Made by a program: the position numbers and the translations under genes. This document shows, in pieces, positions 47,472-57,862 of a DNA stretch of 64,000 bases. Each line of letters begins with the position of its first letter. The first letter of the stretch is position 1. The notes beneath the pieces were generated by a model, which was not told the DNA's origin, searched no databases, and was given only the letters and a program-made list of their open reading frames with translations. The DNA lies in NCBI GenBank assembly GCA_016182385.1, contig JACPGV010000011.1, positions 22,888-86,887 of the forward strand, written 5' to 3'. This stretch comes from Candidatus Moraniibacteriota bacterium (lineage in GTDB: Bacteria; Patescibacteriota; Minisyncoccia; Moranbacterales; UBA1568).

Positions 47472-48268
47472 GCTTTTTTATAGAGGGCGTAAAAAGTAGG
47501 ACTCAGGAAGTCTAGTATCTTAAGAGCGACTAAAGAGAAGGAAACAATGAGTGGAATATTCTGGAGTTTCCCCAATTGGTTCCGCACCAACGTCTCTTTG
47601 TTAAGCGTCGGATATTTAAACAACACTTCTTCAAATCCATTCTTGCGCATCAATCGCCTGAGCCGATACGGGTTCGTCAGATTAACGTGCAGGCTCCGAT
47701 CGTGCTGATTCGCCTCACGCACTGCTTTCCAAGTACGAATGCCAAATATAATATGAATGAAATCAAAAACTGGACGGATAGTATTTAGGTAGAATGTATT
47801 ATCTGTGTGCACCACAATAGAGACGTCACTCCCCCACCCTCTAATCTGGGAAAGTACCAATTCAATTTCCGGATCATACATATGCTCTACGACATCTGCT
47901 AAATACACGGCTTTGATGTTCGAAAAGTCATGTTGGTAGTCATTGTTTGTATTGATAAAACGCATTTTTCCCGTATACTGAGGAATCATTTGCAGCTTTT
48001 CCTGGCAGATATCAATAGCACTCTTAGAGTAGTCTATTCCTGTACAATCACAGCCGTATCGAGAAACAAGAAAAAAAGCCAAGTCTCCATTGCCGCATCC
48101 ATAGTCCACAATCCTATCAGTTGGCTGAAGTTTGAGAAGATTTGCCATCTCGGAAAATATCGTAAGATGCCCAGTTTTGAAATACGTCCCATCTTCAGAA
48201 AGTATTGACCGCCCATAGGCATTCTGATAATACGCTTTGCTATAGAGATTGGAATCGACTTGTTCCAT
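47468..48268 (-). CDS. Class I SAM-dependent methyltransferase
   Basis: IVDYGCGNG, GIDYS, DVVEH; ATG at 48268. Confidence 0.88.
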   Translation of the reverse strand: MEQVDSNLYSKAYYQNAYGRSILSEDGTYFKTGHLTIFSEMANLLKLQPTDRIVDYGCGNGDLAFFLVSRYGCDCTGIDYSKSAIDICQEKLQMIPQYTGKMRFINTNNDYQHDFSNIKAVYLADVVEHMYDPEIELVLSQIRGWGSDVSIVVHTDNTFYLNTIRPVFDFIHIIFGIRTWKAVREANQHDRSLHVNLTNPYRLRRLMRKNGFEEVLFKYPTLNKETLVRNQLGKLQNIPLIVSFSLVALKILDFLSPTFYALYKKA

Positions 48269-48279
48269 AGATTTTCTTT

Positions 48280-49425
48280 TTATGAATTCAATGCTTCGTA
48301 TTCCTTGGTCACAACCACATCCCAACTAAACGCGTCTAGTAGTTTTTCTCCAGCTTCGTTTTTGAGTTCGTCACTCCTGAGAAGTTCGAGGGTTTTACTT
48401 GCTATACCGGCATAATCTTGCCACGGTATAATAATCACTTCATTATGCCGATAGAGATGTCGGAATGGTGGGAGGTTATATACCAAAGCTTGTTTCCCAG
48501 AACAGACCACTTCCAAAAGCGCTACTCCAAAACTTTCATCATAGCTAAAAAACCAAAACAATTTTGAGGATTTTATTACATTAAACTTCTCGGTGCCAAC
48601 CTTATACCCCAGGAAAAAGATGTTCTGCTCCAGGTTCATTTTCTGAATGCGTTCTTGATAAGCTTTGACGGTTGGCTCGTCTCCTCCGCCCATGATACCC
48701 AACCGAAAATTTGGCTGTTCCTTCACTACCAAAGCAAGGCTCTCGAGCATATCATAGATTCCCTTTTTCTCATTGATTCTCCCCATGAATAAGGCGTCGA
48801 AAGTATATCGCTCATCAAGCACTGCCTCCCGAATTCTCTGACCCTCCACCGCACATCCGGTCAGTACAATCTGATTTCGTTTAAATCTATGTTCCAGGAG
48901 ATAAGTTTCTAGATCTGGCGTAATGACATAAATTTTATCTGCCCTTCGGAGCAAGTGTAGACTCATATGAAAAAATACCCACGCCAAGAAACGTATACCT
49001 TTATTACCAGGTCCTTGGAGTGGCACTGTATTGTCGAACACTGTAATCCACTTCGTTTCCGGATGAAAAAGCCGGTAAAAGAAAGGAAAGAGAGTAAACT
49101 CGAGAACGGAGGTTAATGTGTAGAGCACATCATAGTTACCAGTCTTCACTTTGCCATACTGTCGAAATACCAAAAGGTTTCTACGCAGCGCGTACCAAAT
49201 GTACCGAAGCTTTGTGAAGCGTTCCTCTGGAATATTTCTAAGCTCATCCATCTCCGCATTAAAGGCATAGACATCTTTTCCTTTAAGGTTAATCCGCTCG
49301 ATGAAAACGCCCGTCTGAATATATATTTCATACCCAAGTTCTTCCCATTTTTTCATCTTGATAAGCCAGATAATCTGAATCCCCTCACGATTCAGATTGA
49401 CGATATTGACAAGCATTTTTTTCAT
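48280..49425 (-). CDS. Glycosyltransferase family 4
   Basis: FMGRINEKKG, ESFGVALLE. Confidence 0.88.
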   Translation of the reverse strand: MKKMLVNIVNLNREGIQIIWLIKMKKWEELGYEIYIQTGVFIERINLKGKDVYAFNAEMDELRNIPEERFTKLRYIWYALRRNLLVFRQYGKVKTGNYDVLYTLTSVLEFTLFPFFYRLFHPETKWITVFDNTVPLQGPGNKGIRFLAWVFFHMSLHLLRRADKIYVITPDLETYLLEHRFKRNQIVLTGCAVEGQRIREAVLDERYTFDALFMGRINEKKGIYDMLESLALVVKEQPNFRLGIMGGGDEPTVKAYQERIQKMNLEQNIFFLGYKVGTEKFNVIKSSKLFWFFSYDESFGVALLEVVCSGKQALVYNLPPFRHLYRHNEVIIIPWQDYAGIASKTLELLRSDELKNEAGEKLLDAFSWDVVVTKEYEALNS

Positions 49426-49439
49426 ATTCTCTCGACTAT

Positions 49440-50075
49440 TTATTTGCTATATATCGCCACAATCTGACCACCAAACAATATTCTTCTCGTTAAGAAATTC
49501 ATCTTGAAATGAAAGATGTACGGAGTAAACATTTCCTTCTTAGAAAGACCTACTCTTCTCAAGAAAAAATCCATCGTGTAGGGAGTAAACAGCATACGAT
49601 GTGTCGGATCTACTTCGCCGGTAAAGTTCTTGCTGCCCAAAAAACGGGTTAAGCTATTGGCATTAGGTGTGGTCACAATAAGCAAGCCACCCTTTTTCAG
49701 ATGTTTTTGAAGTATTTGTTCCAGTGGAACAAAATTCGTTAAATGCTCTACAACATCAAACATCGTGATGACATCGAAAGACTCTTCCAAAGGAAATATT
49801 CCTTGATTCAAATCCATTTGGAAAAATCGATCTTTGATATGGGGAAACTTTTCCTGACACTGCTTTACGGCATACTCAGAATAATCACAGCCATAGCACG
49901 TGCTGGTTCGCTCAATATTCCCTATAAACTCACCAGTGGCACAGCCAACGTCCAATACTTTCTTCTCTTTCAACGAGACTCCCAGAGTAGCTAAAAAAGA
50001 AAGATAAGCCGGGAACACTTCACCGCTTTTGGTCGTCTCTCTAGTAAAATATTCTTGGCTATACATAGTGTTCAT
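49440..50075 (-). CDS. Class I SAM-dependent methyltransferase
   Basis: VLDVGCATG, FDVITMFDVVEH, LKKGGLLIVTTPN. Confidence 0.9.
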   Translation of the reverse strand: MNTMYSQEYFTRETTKSGEVFPAYLSFLATLGVSLKEKKVLDVGCATGEFIGNIERTSTCYGCDYSEYAVKQCQEKFPHIKDRFFQMDLNQGIFPLEESFDVITMFDVVEHLTNFVPLEQILQKHLKKGGLLIVTTPNANSLTRFLGSKNFTGEVDPTHRMLFTPYTMDFFLRRVGLSKKEMFTPYIFHFKMNFLTRRILFGGQIVAIYSK

Positions 50076-51159
50076 CTTTCAATGATTCAAAGACTTCTAT
50101 CATCTTTTGTGCAGATGATTCCCAGGTAAACTGACTCGCAAACTCCAAGTTCGTTTCAATCAACTGTTGACGTTTCTCTGACGAAAGCGCGACCAATCGC
50201 TCCATAACTTGAGTTATTTCTGGAACGTTCTTAGCATCAAACATCCATTCTCTATGGGGATTCACTTCTGGAAGAGAGCTATTATCCGCCGACAATACCG
50301 GGCAGTGCTGCGCCATAGACTCAATAACCGGCAAACCGAAACCCTCATAGAAAGATGGGTAAATAAAGAATGCCGCATGTCGATAGAGATTCTTCAGCTG
50401 TTCTTCTGAAACAAAGCCCAGCAATTTCACCCGTTCGGATATGTGGAGCGCCTCAGCCAGTGACCGAAGCTCTTTCTGATGACCCTCACTCATCAAGCCA
50501 GCAATGACATATGTATAGTTTCTAAGTTGATCACTCCCTGCCATGGCACGAAGCACGCTAAAGATATTTTTTCGACTCGGATGGGTAGTCACAGAAAAAA
50601 AATAAGGCTCTTGTACAATTGGTTGTTCGTTTTCTGGTTCCGTCCAGAAAATATCATTAATCCCTGGATAGATAACACTTATTTTCTTTTCAGAAGTTCC
50701 AAAAAAGTGAACCACATCACGCTTCGTGCTTTCAGAAATACACACGATATGATCCGCTTTCTTCAGTGACCGCCCAATAGAATACGTATGGTAAACCTTG
50801 TAAAGAGCGGAGTAAAGTTTCGGAAAATGAAGGAATGCAAGGTCATAGACTGTCATGGTGTATTTCACGCCTCTCTTTTTCCCAACAGGCAAAAGTACTG
50901 AGGCTCCATGGACCACATCAACTTTATTTCGCCGGATGAGCGAGTGAATAAGAAAAGTGTCGAAAAGCACCGCCCCCCACAAAGTATCGGGCAATTTGAA
51001 CTGCTCTGTCTTACCAATCGTCTTATTGAGTTGTGTCTGAAAAAAAAGATAGTCATTCTTTTTGTCAAGCTCAAGAATTTTAGAGAACAACAAATAAACA
51101 TAGTAGGGCACCCCACTGTTTTTGTTCTGATAAATCCTCGAATTAATGCCTATTCTCAT
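50059..51159 (-). CDS. Glycosyltransferase family 4 (mannosyl/rhamnosyl-transferase-like)
   Basis: TVYDL, ISESTKRD, YPSFYEGFGLPVIE, SSLPEV. Confidence 0.9.
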   Translation of the reverse strand: MRIGINSRIYQNKNSGVPYYVYLLFSKILELDKKNDYLFFQTQLNKTIGKTEQFKLPDTLWGAVLFDTFLIHSLIRRNKVDVVHGASVLLPVGKKRGVKYTMTVYDLAFLHFPKLYSALYKVYHTYSIGRSLKKADHIVCISESTKRDVVHFFGTSEKKISVIYPGINDIFWTEPENEQPIVQEPYFFSVTTHPSRKNIFSVLRAMAGSDQLRNYTYVIAGLMSEGHQKELRSLAEALHISERVKLLGFVSEEQLKNLYRHAAFFIYPSFYEGFGLPVIESMAQHCPVLSADNSSLPEVNPHREWMFDAKNVPEITQVMERLVALSSEKRQQLIETNLEFASQFTWESSAQKMIEVFESLKDEHYV

Positions 51160-51182
51160 CTACGTATGCCCTTTCGTTGTAA

Positions 51183-51923
51183 TTAGCCTCTTTTCTGCGC
51201 CTTCAGATAGAATCTTGTCGGTACCAGCGATCCCTTCAGGCCTTTCAATATCCGCTCTCGCATTTTCTGACTGGTCGTATAAGAAGTGCGGAAAATATGT
51301 TTGCAGATGTAAAAGTAAAGCATGTCTAGATCCCAATACAGGTTACCAATCTCTTGATTTTCCGTCACTCCAAAGCCAGCACCAGAGAGAATACTCTCGA
51401 GCTTCTTTTTAGAGTAATGCCGATGCCCGAGCATCCATGCTGGATCAATCGGATTAAGAATATGACTACGCATCGTACTCACAATGAGCACTCCATCTGG
51501 TTTAAGAAGCTTGTGAAAAAACTGCAGCGCTACCCCCTCCTTGCCTTTTGGAACATGCTCAATGACATCAAGGAAGATCACCGTATCGAATGTTCCTCCG
51601 TGCTTAGCAATAAATCCTTCATTCCCACTCATAAGTTGGCACTGTTCAAAGGAAAAATGTGGGAAATTCCTCCGAGCTACTGAGAGGGCATCATCATTTT
51701 CATCGATACCCGTCAGGTCAGTCTGGATATTCTTCTTGGTGATAGTCTTTTCAAGTGGTCCCGTCCAACAACCCGCATCAAGTACTTTCTTCCCTTCAAT
51801 ATGTGGACGATAGTAGTCAACTACAAATTCATGTTGATAATTATCGACAATATCCTGATCATTGAGCTCTACATATTCCATGCTACCATTATACGAAAGC
51901 ATCCTCTTGAGAAAATTTGCCAT
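51183..51923 (-). CDS. Class I SAM-dependent methyltransferase
   Basis: VLDAGCWTG, FDTVIFLDVIEH, LKPDG. Confidence 0.88.
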   Translation of the reverse strand: MANFLKRMLSYNGSMEYVELNDQDIVDNYQHEFVVDYYRPHIEGKKVLDAGCWTGPLEKTITKKNIQTDLTGIDENDDALSVARRNFPHFSFEQCQLMSGNEGFIAKHGGTFDTVIFLDVIEHVPKGKEGVALQFFHKLLKPDGVLIVSTMRSHILNPIDPAWMLGHRHYSKKKLESILSGAGFGVTENQEIGNLYWDLDMLYFYICKHIFRTSYTTSQKMRERILKGLKGSLVPTRFYLKAQKRG

Positions 51924-51934
51924 AATATTATTAC

Positions 51935-52915
51935 TTATTTATTTTTAGAAAGTCTCTCTACGTCAGCGTCTACCATCATTTTAACTAGCTCTTCAAATCC
52001 TACCTCCGACTCCCAGCCCAACACCTTTTTAGCTTTGTCGTTCTTCCCATGAAGTGCATAGAGCTCGACTGGCCGATTGAACTGGGGATCGATTTTCACG
52101 TACCGCTCCCAATCATTGATACCGACATGTTCGAATGCTACATTCAAAAAATCACGAATTGAGTGTGTTACCCCGGTCGAAAGAATATAGTTATCTGGCT
52201 TTTCCTGTTGAAGCATAAGCCACATAGCCTTCACGTAATCACCAGCAAATCCCCAATCGCGCTTACTATCCAAATTACCAAGCCTAATCTCTTCAGCTAA
52301 ACCAAGCTTAATACGAGCCACTCCATCACTAATCTTTCGTGTCACAAAGCGTAGCCCTCGAATTGGTGATTCGTGATTAAAAAGAATACCATTGGCACAA
52401 AACATACCGTAGCTCTCACGGAAATTGACCGTCATCCAGTAGGCATAGAGTTTTGAGATAGCATAGGGACTCTTAGGATGAAAAGGAGTTTCTTCGGTTT
52501 GCAGTCCTTCCGTATGACTGTCTCCAAACATTTCACTGGTCGAAGCCTGGTAAAATTTCGTCTTTGGTGAGAAATCTTTAATTGCTGTTAGGAGATAAAG
52601 CACTCCCAATGAATTGACCTCTGTAGTGAGCTTTGCCTGTTCCCAGGATGCCCCTACAAATGACTGGGCAGCCAAATTGTATACTTCATCAGGCTGGTGT
52701 TCGGCGATGATCTTTCGAAGCGACTCCTCATCGGCCATGTCACCGTTCACAAAAGTGATCTTCTCTCGCACATTGAGGAAGTCAAGATTTTCAAAATTAA
52801 CCGCTGTAAGATCACGAGCTAACCCAAGCACTTCATAGCCCTTTGCAAGCAAAAACTTCGACAGATAGGCTCCATCTTGCCCTGCTACTCCAGTAATGAG
52901 TGCCTTTTTTTTCAT
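51935..52915 (-). CDS. gmd: GDP-mannose 4,6-dehydratase (copy 2)
   Basis: [48 protein letters not shown]; ATG at 52915. Confidence 0.9.
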   Translation of the reverse strand: MKKKALITGVAGQDGAYLSKFLLAKGYEVLGLARDLTAVNFENLDFLNVREKITFVNGDMADEESLRKIIAEHQPDEVYNLAAQSFVGASWEQAKLTTEVNSLGVLYLLTAIKDFSPKTKFYQASTSEMFGDSHTEGLQTEETPFHPKSPYAISKLYAYWMTVNFRESYGMFCANGILFNHESPIRGLRFVTRKISDGVARIKLGLAEEIRLGNLDSKRDWGFAGDYVKAMWLMLQQEKPDNYILSTGVTHSIRDFLNVAFEHVGINDWERYVKIDPQFNRPVELYALHGKNDKAKKVLGWESEVGFEELVKMMVDADVERLSKNK

Positions 52916-52916
52916 A

Positions 52917-54056
52917 CTACCTTGTATACAACGCCAGTGTCTTACGAGCTGTTTCGAAAGGGGTACGTGAACGCGCTTTCGTCTCAACATTTTTCTCAAT
53001 TTCTACTATTTTTTCTGGATGCTCAGCGGCAAACTTAAATGCTTCATGGAAGCGGTCGTTATCGGTCAAAATCCCCGTCTTGCCATCCTCAATATCCTCG
53101 AGAAAATGCCCTATCTTCGAACAAATCACCGCCTTCCCATAGCTGACTGAGTGAAACAGCGGACCGCTCGATCCCATAGAAACCACCGCTGGAATCACGA
53201 CTGCATATGCCTTCTCATACAAGTCATCCTGTTCTTCTTGTTCGATAAAACCTCTGACGATCACTTTTTCTTCGAGATGATTATCCTTGATAATCTGCAT
53301 AATCTCGTCGTAGGCTTTTTCCTGGCCCTTGATGACTCCGCCGGCCAAAATAAACTTGTAGTCACTCCCTGGATTTTCTTCGATATACCGTCGGAAACCT
53401 TCCAGTGCGAAACCAAGCCCCTTCCGTCGTACCATGTACCCAAAGTAAAAAAAGTATTTCTCTTTTCGTGAGTTATTGATTTCTCTCTGGGGAATCGCGA
53501 TCGGAATCACATTCACCTTTTTTGGATCAACACCATAGTCCGTCACCAGAATCTCTTTGGTCAGATGTGTATGCACAGTAAGCGCATGAGAAAAGAGTGA
53601 GATCATTTTATAAACGTAGTGAAAAAAGAACGTCAACATAAATGGTCGAAGGAGCGGTGAATCCTGATGAAAAAGCTTCATAAAGGCATCATCTACCTGT
53701 CGTCTGAAAACCGCGGCGTGTACAGTTGTCACCACTCGGATCCCCTGCAACCGGAGAGCTACTACCAACAAAGGAAAGAAGCTGGCCGTCAAAATACCAC
53801 CATACATGTTGAGCTCATGTTGTAAATGAACAACATCCGGCTTATCCTTTTTGATCTCACTCAAAATTTCTGGAATATACCGGAGAGATTTTGACCAAAC
53901 CATTTTTATAGTCCCACAATTCTGTATTTCTACATTCTTCGGATTCTTATCAGCGTATACCAAAAGCTCGACATTCTGATGCTCGTTTAATCCCCTCGTA
54001 ATGTATTGAGAATAGTGCCCCGATGGCAACATTCCAGAAATGAAAACTATCTTCAT
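52917..54056 (-). CDS. Glycosyltransferase family 4
   Basis: PDVVHLQHE, VTTVH, YFGYMVRRKG. Confidence 0.85.
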   Translation of the reverse strand: MKIVFISGMLPSGHYSQYITRGLNEHQNVELLVYADKNPKNVEIQNCGTIKMVWSKSLRYIPEILSEIKKDKPDVVHLQHELNMYGGILTASFFPLLVVALRLQGIRVVTTVHAAVFRRQVDDAFMKLFHQDSPLLRPFMLTFFFHYVYKMISLFSHALTVHTHLTKEILVTDYGVDPKKVNVIPIAIPQREINNSRKEKYFFYFGYMVRRKGLGFALEGFRRYIEENPGSDYKFILAGGVIKGQEKAYDEIMQIIKDNHLEEKVIVRGFIEQEEQDDLYEKAYAVVIPAVVSMGSSGPLFHSVSYGKAVICSKIGHFLEDIEDGKTGILTDNDRFHEAFKFAAEHPEKIVEIEKNVETKARSRTPFETARKTLALYTR

Positions 54057-54060
54057 ATAA

Positions 54061-55002
54061 TCATGCTTGCATTTTGAAATCCACCATTTTCTGAATCATT
54101 TCTTCAAAACCAACTCTTGGTTGCCACCCCGTTGTTCGTTTTAATTTCTCGGCATTTCCCACCATCGGCAAGCGCTTCCTCGTCAGAATGGCTTTATTCT
54201 CACGAACATACTGCCGCCAATCGAGACCAACGTGCTCGAAGGCTATCGACACTAAATCTTGAATGGCATGCTTCTGTCCAGTAGCGATGATAAACTCGTC
54301 CGGTTTCTCTAACTGCAATATTCGGTAGGCAGCCTCTACATAGTCAGGGGCATAGCCCCAGTCTACCTCGACTGATAAATCCCCTACCGTAAGCTCAGTT
54401 TCCGTACCCTTTTTGATATTGACCGCCCCCACTACTACTTTCATAGAGACAAACTTCTCAGCGCGATATTCTGACTCATGGTTATAAAAAATACCAACCG
54501 CAGCAAAAAGACCGTACTTCTCTCGATACAAACGACTGATCAAAAGACCATCAAGTTTAGTGATACCGTAGGGATTATTCGGCTGAAACGGTGTCGTCTC
54601 ATCCTGCGCTTCAGTATTTACCTCGCCAAAGATAAGTGAAGAAGCAGCGTAAAATATTCTTGTCTTGGGAGAATACAGCCGCGCGCCCTCGAGAAAGTTA
54701 AGGTAAGAGAAGACGTGCACCGTATAACTTTTTTCGAAGAGTTCCACTTCATCGATTTGCGCATCTTGGGAAGAATGATGGAAAGCGGCCAGATAGTAGA
54801 CCTCATCTGGTTGAACCGCCTGAAGAAAAGAGGCGACCTGCTCTCGATCTGTGATATCTACCCGCTTCTGCCAATCGTTCCCGTCACTTCGTACAACACC
54901 TCGGTCGAGTCCGATGACACTGTATCCCTTCTTAACAAGTAGCTCAAAAAGGAACCGTCCGTCCTGGCCCTGTGATCCGACAATGACCGCTATCTTACTC
55001 AT
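54061..55002 (-). CDS. GMD-like extended SDR lacking the catalytic Glu; probable GDP-4-keto-6-deoxy-sugar reductase
   Basis: GSQGQDG, YGITK, YNHES and DWGYAPDYV present, but ASTSE is replaced by AASSL. Confidence 0.7.
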   Translation of the reverse strand: MSKIAVIVGSQGQDGRFLFELLVKKGYSVIGLDRGVVRSDGNDWQKRVDITDREQVASFLQAVQPDEVYYLAAFHHSSQDAQIDEVELFEKSYTVHVFSYLNFLEGARLYSPKTRIFYAASSLIFGEVNTEAQDETTPFQPNNPYGITKLDGLLISRLYREKYGLFAAVGIFYNHESEYRAEKFVSMKVVVGAVNIKKGTETELTVGDLSVEVDWGYAPDYVEAAYRILQLEKPDEFIIATGQKHAIQDLVSIAFEHVGLDWRQYVRENKAILTRKRLPMVGNAEKLKRTTGWQPRVGFEEMIQKMVDFKMQA

Positions 55003-56249
55003 ACCACTTCTATCTTAGGCAGAGGAAACATAAGATGACCACCATCTTCAAGGTATTCCGTTTCCCGCTCGATAATACCCTTCTTGAAGTGCCACGGCAG
55101 CACCATAAAGTAGTCAGGCTTCATAGCCTTGGCTTCCTTTTCAGAAATGATCGGGATAAGCGTGCCCGGTGTCAATCTGCCAAACTTATAGTCATTCACT
55201 TCCGCTATATACGGCATTTCTTTTGGAGTAATGCCACAGTATTGGAGGATGACATTTCCCTTCGTTGAAGCGCCGTAGCCAAAAATCTTTTTTCCATCAG
55301 CTGCTGCCTTCTGGAAGAACTCCATCAAGTCCTTTCGGTGTTGTTCGGTGTTTTTCCGAAAATCCTCATAAATCTTGAGATCGTCGAAACCGCGCGCCAC
55401 CTCTTCGGCCAGCACCTCCTTCACCTGATCAACCATTTCCTCATGCTGCGAATCTTTTTTGGCAAAGGTCACAGCAAAACTAGCGCCATTCGTGTCATTG
55501 AACTCGAGGTCAATCACCTTAAGATTTGCTCGCTCAGCCATCCAAACAAACTGTTTGAGTGCATAGTACTCTAGGTGTTCATGGCAAATAGTGTCGTAGG
55601 AAACATTATCAATCATGGCCGGCATATAACTCTGCTCTACCACCCAAATACCATCGTCAGTAAGGACACTTTCGATGTCTTGCATAATCTGGAGTGGTTC
55701 TGGGAGATCATAAAACATCGCAATAGATGTCACGACTCGTGCTTTCTTTTCGCCACGTTCTTTTTTCACAGCAGCAGCAGTAAAAAAACTTGGGACATGA
55801 GCGATATATGGAGGGTAGTATTCCTGGAACTTATCCGAGGTCGGGTCAACACCTAAGAGATCAAGCTTTGTATTTTTGTACGAAGAAAGAAGCGTCCCAT
55901 CATTACTCGCAATATCGATGACAAGATCCCCATCCTTCAAATCCATCCTCTGTTCGATTTTCTCCACAATCCCCTCCAAGTGCTTCACCATTGACTTATT
56001 CAACGCAGAACGGTACCCATAATTGTCTCCGTACAATTTCTCCATTTCGTAGTCATGTCGGAGCTGTACGAGTCCACAGACGTCTTCGCCTAACGAGCTG
56101 AAACACTTCACCATTTCCAACGGCCCCTCTTCAACCACCTCGCCCGGGAGAGGAAAAACCCCTGTCAGTGCCTGACTCCCCAGATCAACTACGGAAACCA
56201 GATTCGTATTTCCACAAATTCGACAGTGCTTGATTTCTTGATACAACAT
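54999..56249 (-). CDS. NDP-hexose C-methyltransferase (Zn-binding N-terminus plus C-methyltransferase C-terminal domain)
   Basis: CRICG...C..CGLVQL, DIASNDG, YDTICHEHLEYY, GYGASTKGN, LPWHF. Confidence 0.88.
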   Translation of the reverse strand: MLYQEIKHCRICGNTNLVSVVDLGSQALTGVFPLPGEVVEEGPLEMVKCFSSLGEDVCGLVQLRHDYEMEKLYGDNYGYRSALNKSMVKHLEGIVEKIEQRMDLKDGDLVIDIASNDGTLLSSYKNTKLDLLGVDPTSDKFQEYYPPYIAHVPSFFTAAAVKKERGEKKARVVTSIAMFYDLPEPLQIMQDIESVLTDDGIWVVEQSYMPAMIDNVSYDTICHEHLEYYALKQFVWMAERANLKVIDLEFNDTNGASFAVTFAKKDSQHEEMVDQVKEVLAEEVARGFDDLKIYEDFRKNTEQHRKDLMEFFQKAAADGKKIFGYGASTKGNVILQYCGITPKEMPYIAEVNDYKFGRLTPGTLIPIISEKEAKAMKPDYFMVLPWHFKKGIIERETEYLEDGGHLMFPLPKIEVV

Positions 56250-56276
56250 ATTTTTGAGCGCTCCTTAATTACAAAA

Positions 56277-57320
56277 TTAGTAATGGTAATCCGTTTCGCC
56301 CTTGAGATCATACTTCATCATCAACTTCACAAGTTCCTCAAAACCCATTTTCGGTCTCCAGCTAAGTTTCCTCTGGGCCTTGGAATTATCTCCGATCAAG
56401 AGATCTACTTCTGCCGGTCGAAAATACATTGGGTCAATTTCCACCAACACTTTGCCCGTAGTTTTGTCCTTACCCTTCTCATTAATCCCTTCACCCTCCC
56501 ATACCAAATCATAACCTGCCTCTTTGAAGGCAAGCTCACAAAACTCCCGTACTGTATGGGTCTCACCAGTTGAAATCACAAAATCTTCTGGCTTCTCCTG
56601 CTGAAGCATCAGCCACATCGCCTCTACATAGTCTTTAGCATAACCCCAATCACGCTTGGCATCGAGATTCCCCAGATAAATTCTCTCTTGTGTTCCATTT
56701 TTAATACCAGCAACACCAGTGGTAATTTTTCTCGTTACAAAAATTTTTCCTCGACGTGGCGACTCATGATTAAATAAAATACCATTACAAGCAAAAAGAT
56801 TATATGCCTCACGATAATTCACCACAATCCAATAAGCATAAAGCTTGGCGACCCCATAGGGAGAGCGTGGGTAAAATGGAGTAGTCTCCTTCTGGGGTGT
56901 TTCCTGGACCTTGCCGAACAATTCCGAAGTCGAAGCCTGATAGAACTTCGTTTTGATGCCAGTCTCTTTGATAGCATCTAGGAAACGAAGCGTGCCCAGG
57001 GCATCAACTTCAGCAGTATATTCTGGAACCTGAAAAGAAATATGCACATGTGACTGCGCGGCAAGATTATATATTTCATCAGGCTTGATCATCTCAAGCA
57101 AACGGTTCAAGTTGCTTGAATCCGTCAAATCACCGTAGTGGAGATGAATCCTCGACTTTTCCGAATGTGACCCTGAAAACATATGGTCAATCCGTTCGGT
57201 ATTGAAGATCGAAGCCGCTCGACGTAAACCGTGCACTTCATAACCTTTTTCCAAAAGAAGTTCTGCCAAATAAGACCCGTCCTGACCTGTAATTCCAGTA
57301 ATAAGTGCTTTTTTTATCAT
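56277..57320 (-). CDS. gmd: GDP-mannose 4,6-dehydratase (copy 1)
   Basis: [55 protein letters not shown]. Confidence 0.95.
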   Translation of the reverse strand: MIKKALITGITGQDGSYLAELLLEKGYEVHGLRRAASIFNTERIDHMFSGSHSEKSRIHLHYGDLTDSSNLNRLLEMIKPDEIYNLAAQSHVHISFQVPEYTAEVDALGTLRFLDAIKETGIKTKFYQASTSELFGKVQETPQKETTPFYPRSPYGVAKLYAYWIVVNYREAYNLFACNGILFNHESPRRGKIFVTRKITTGVAGIKNGTQERIYLGNLDAKRDWGYAKDYVEAMWLMLQQEKPEDFVISTGETHTVREFCELAFKEAGYDLVWEGEGINEKGKDKTTGKVLVEIDPMYFRPAEVDLLIGDNSKAQRKLSWRPKMGFEELVKLMMKYDLKGETDYHY

Positions 57321-57826
57321 AAATTTTTTAAGATATTTTTTACTTGGCTGTATCTTAGAACGTGATCCGCATAATGTTCCCGCGTTACAAGTTCTTTTAT
57401 CTCAAACTTCTTCCAATATCGATAGAAAAATGAGTACGCTTTAAAACTCATACCTGGATTGATATAACAATCGGTTACAAGATGAAAAAAAGCCCCGATA
57501 GTTACCCCCCACATCAAAGCTCGTGACTCCCCCGAGACCTCAATACTCACTATAACGATTATCAATAGTATAACGTATTCCCACCCGTGAAACAACACGT
57601 AAATCTTGTCATTTTTAAAAAATTGATACCCTTTTAGAAAATGGGTGAGTCGGAAATTTCTTCCAAAAGCGATAAAATAATCAATAAAATGATCCACATC
57701 AATCAAAACGCCGCCAAAAAACGCCGCCAAAAAAGAAATGGGCTGATAACCAAAGAAAAACCACGTAATAACTCCGGCTAAAAGAGAAAGAAAGAAATGA
57801 AGAAACAGATGAAACATTAAACTCAT
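57317..57826 (-). CDS. Membrane protein with metal-dependent hydrolase motifs (YdjM/LexA-binding-like)
   Basis: H..H, IDVDH, FHGWE and FHLVTD within TM segments. Confidence 0.6.
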   Translation of the reverse strand: MSLMFHLFLHFFLSLLAGVITWFFFGYQPISFLAAFFGGVLIDVDHFIDYFIAFGRNFRLTHFLKGYQFFKNDKIYVLFHGWEYVILLIIVIVSIEVSGESRALMWGVTIGAFFHLVTDCYINPGMSFKAYSFFYRYWKKFEIKELVTREHYADHVLRYSQVKNILKNL

Positions 57827-57862
57827 AACACCCTAAACAAAGCTTCTTTTTCCACAATAAAC

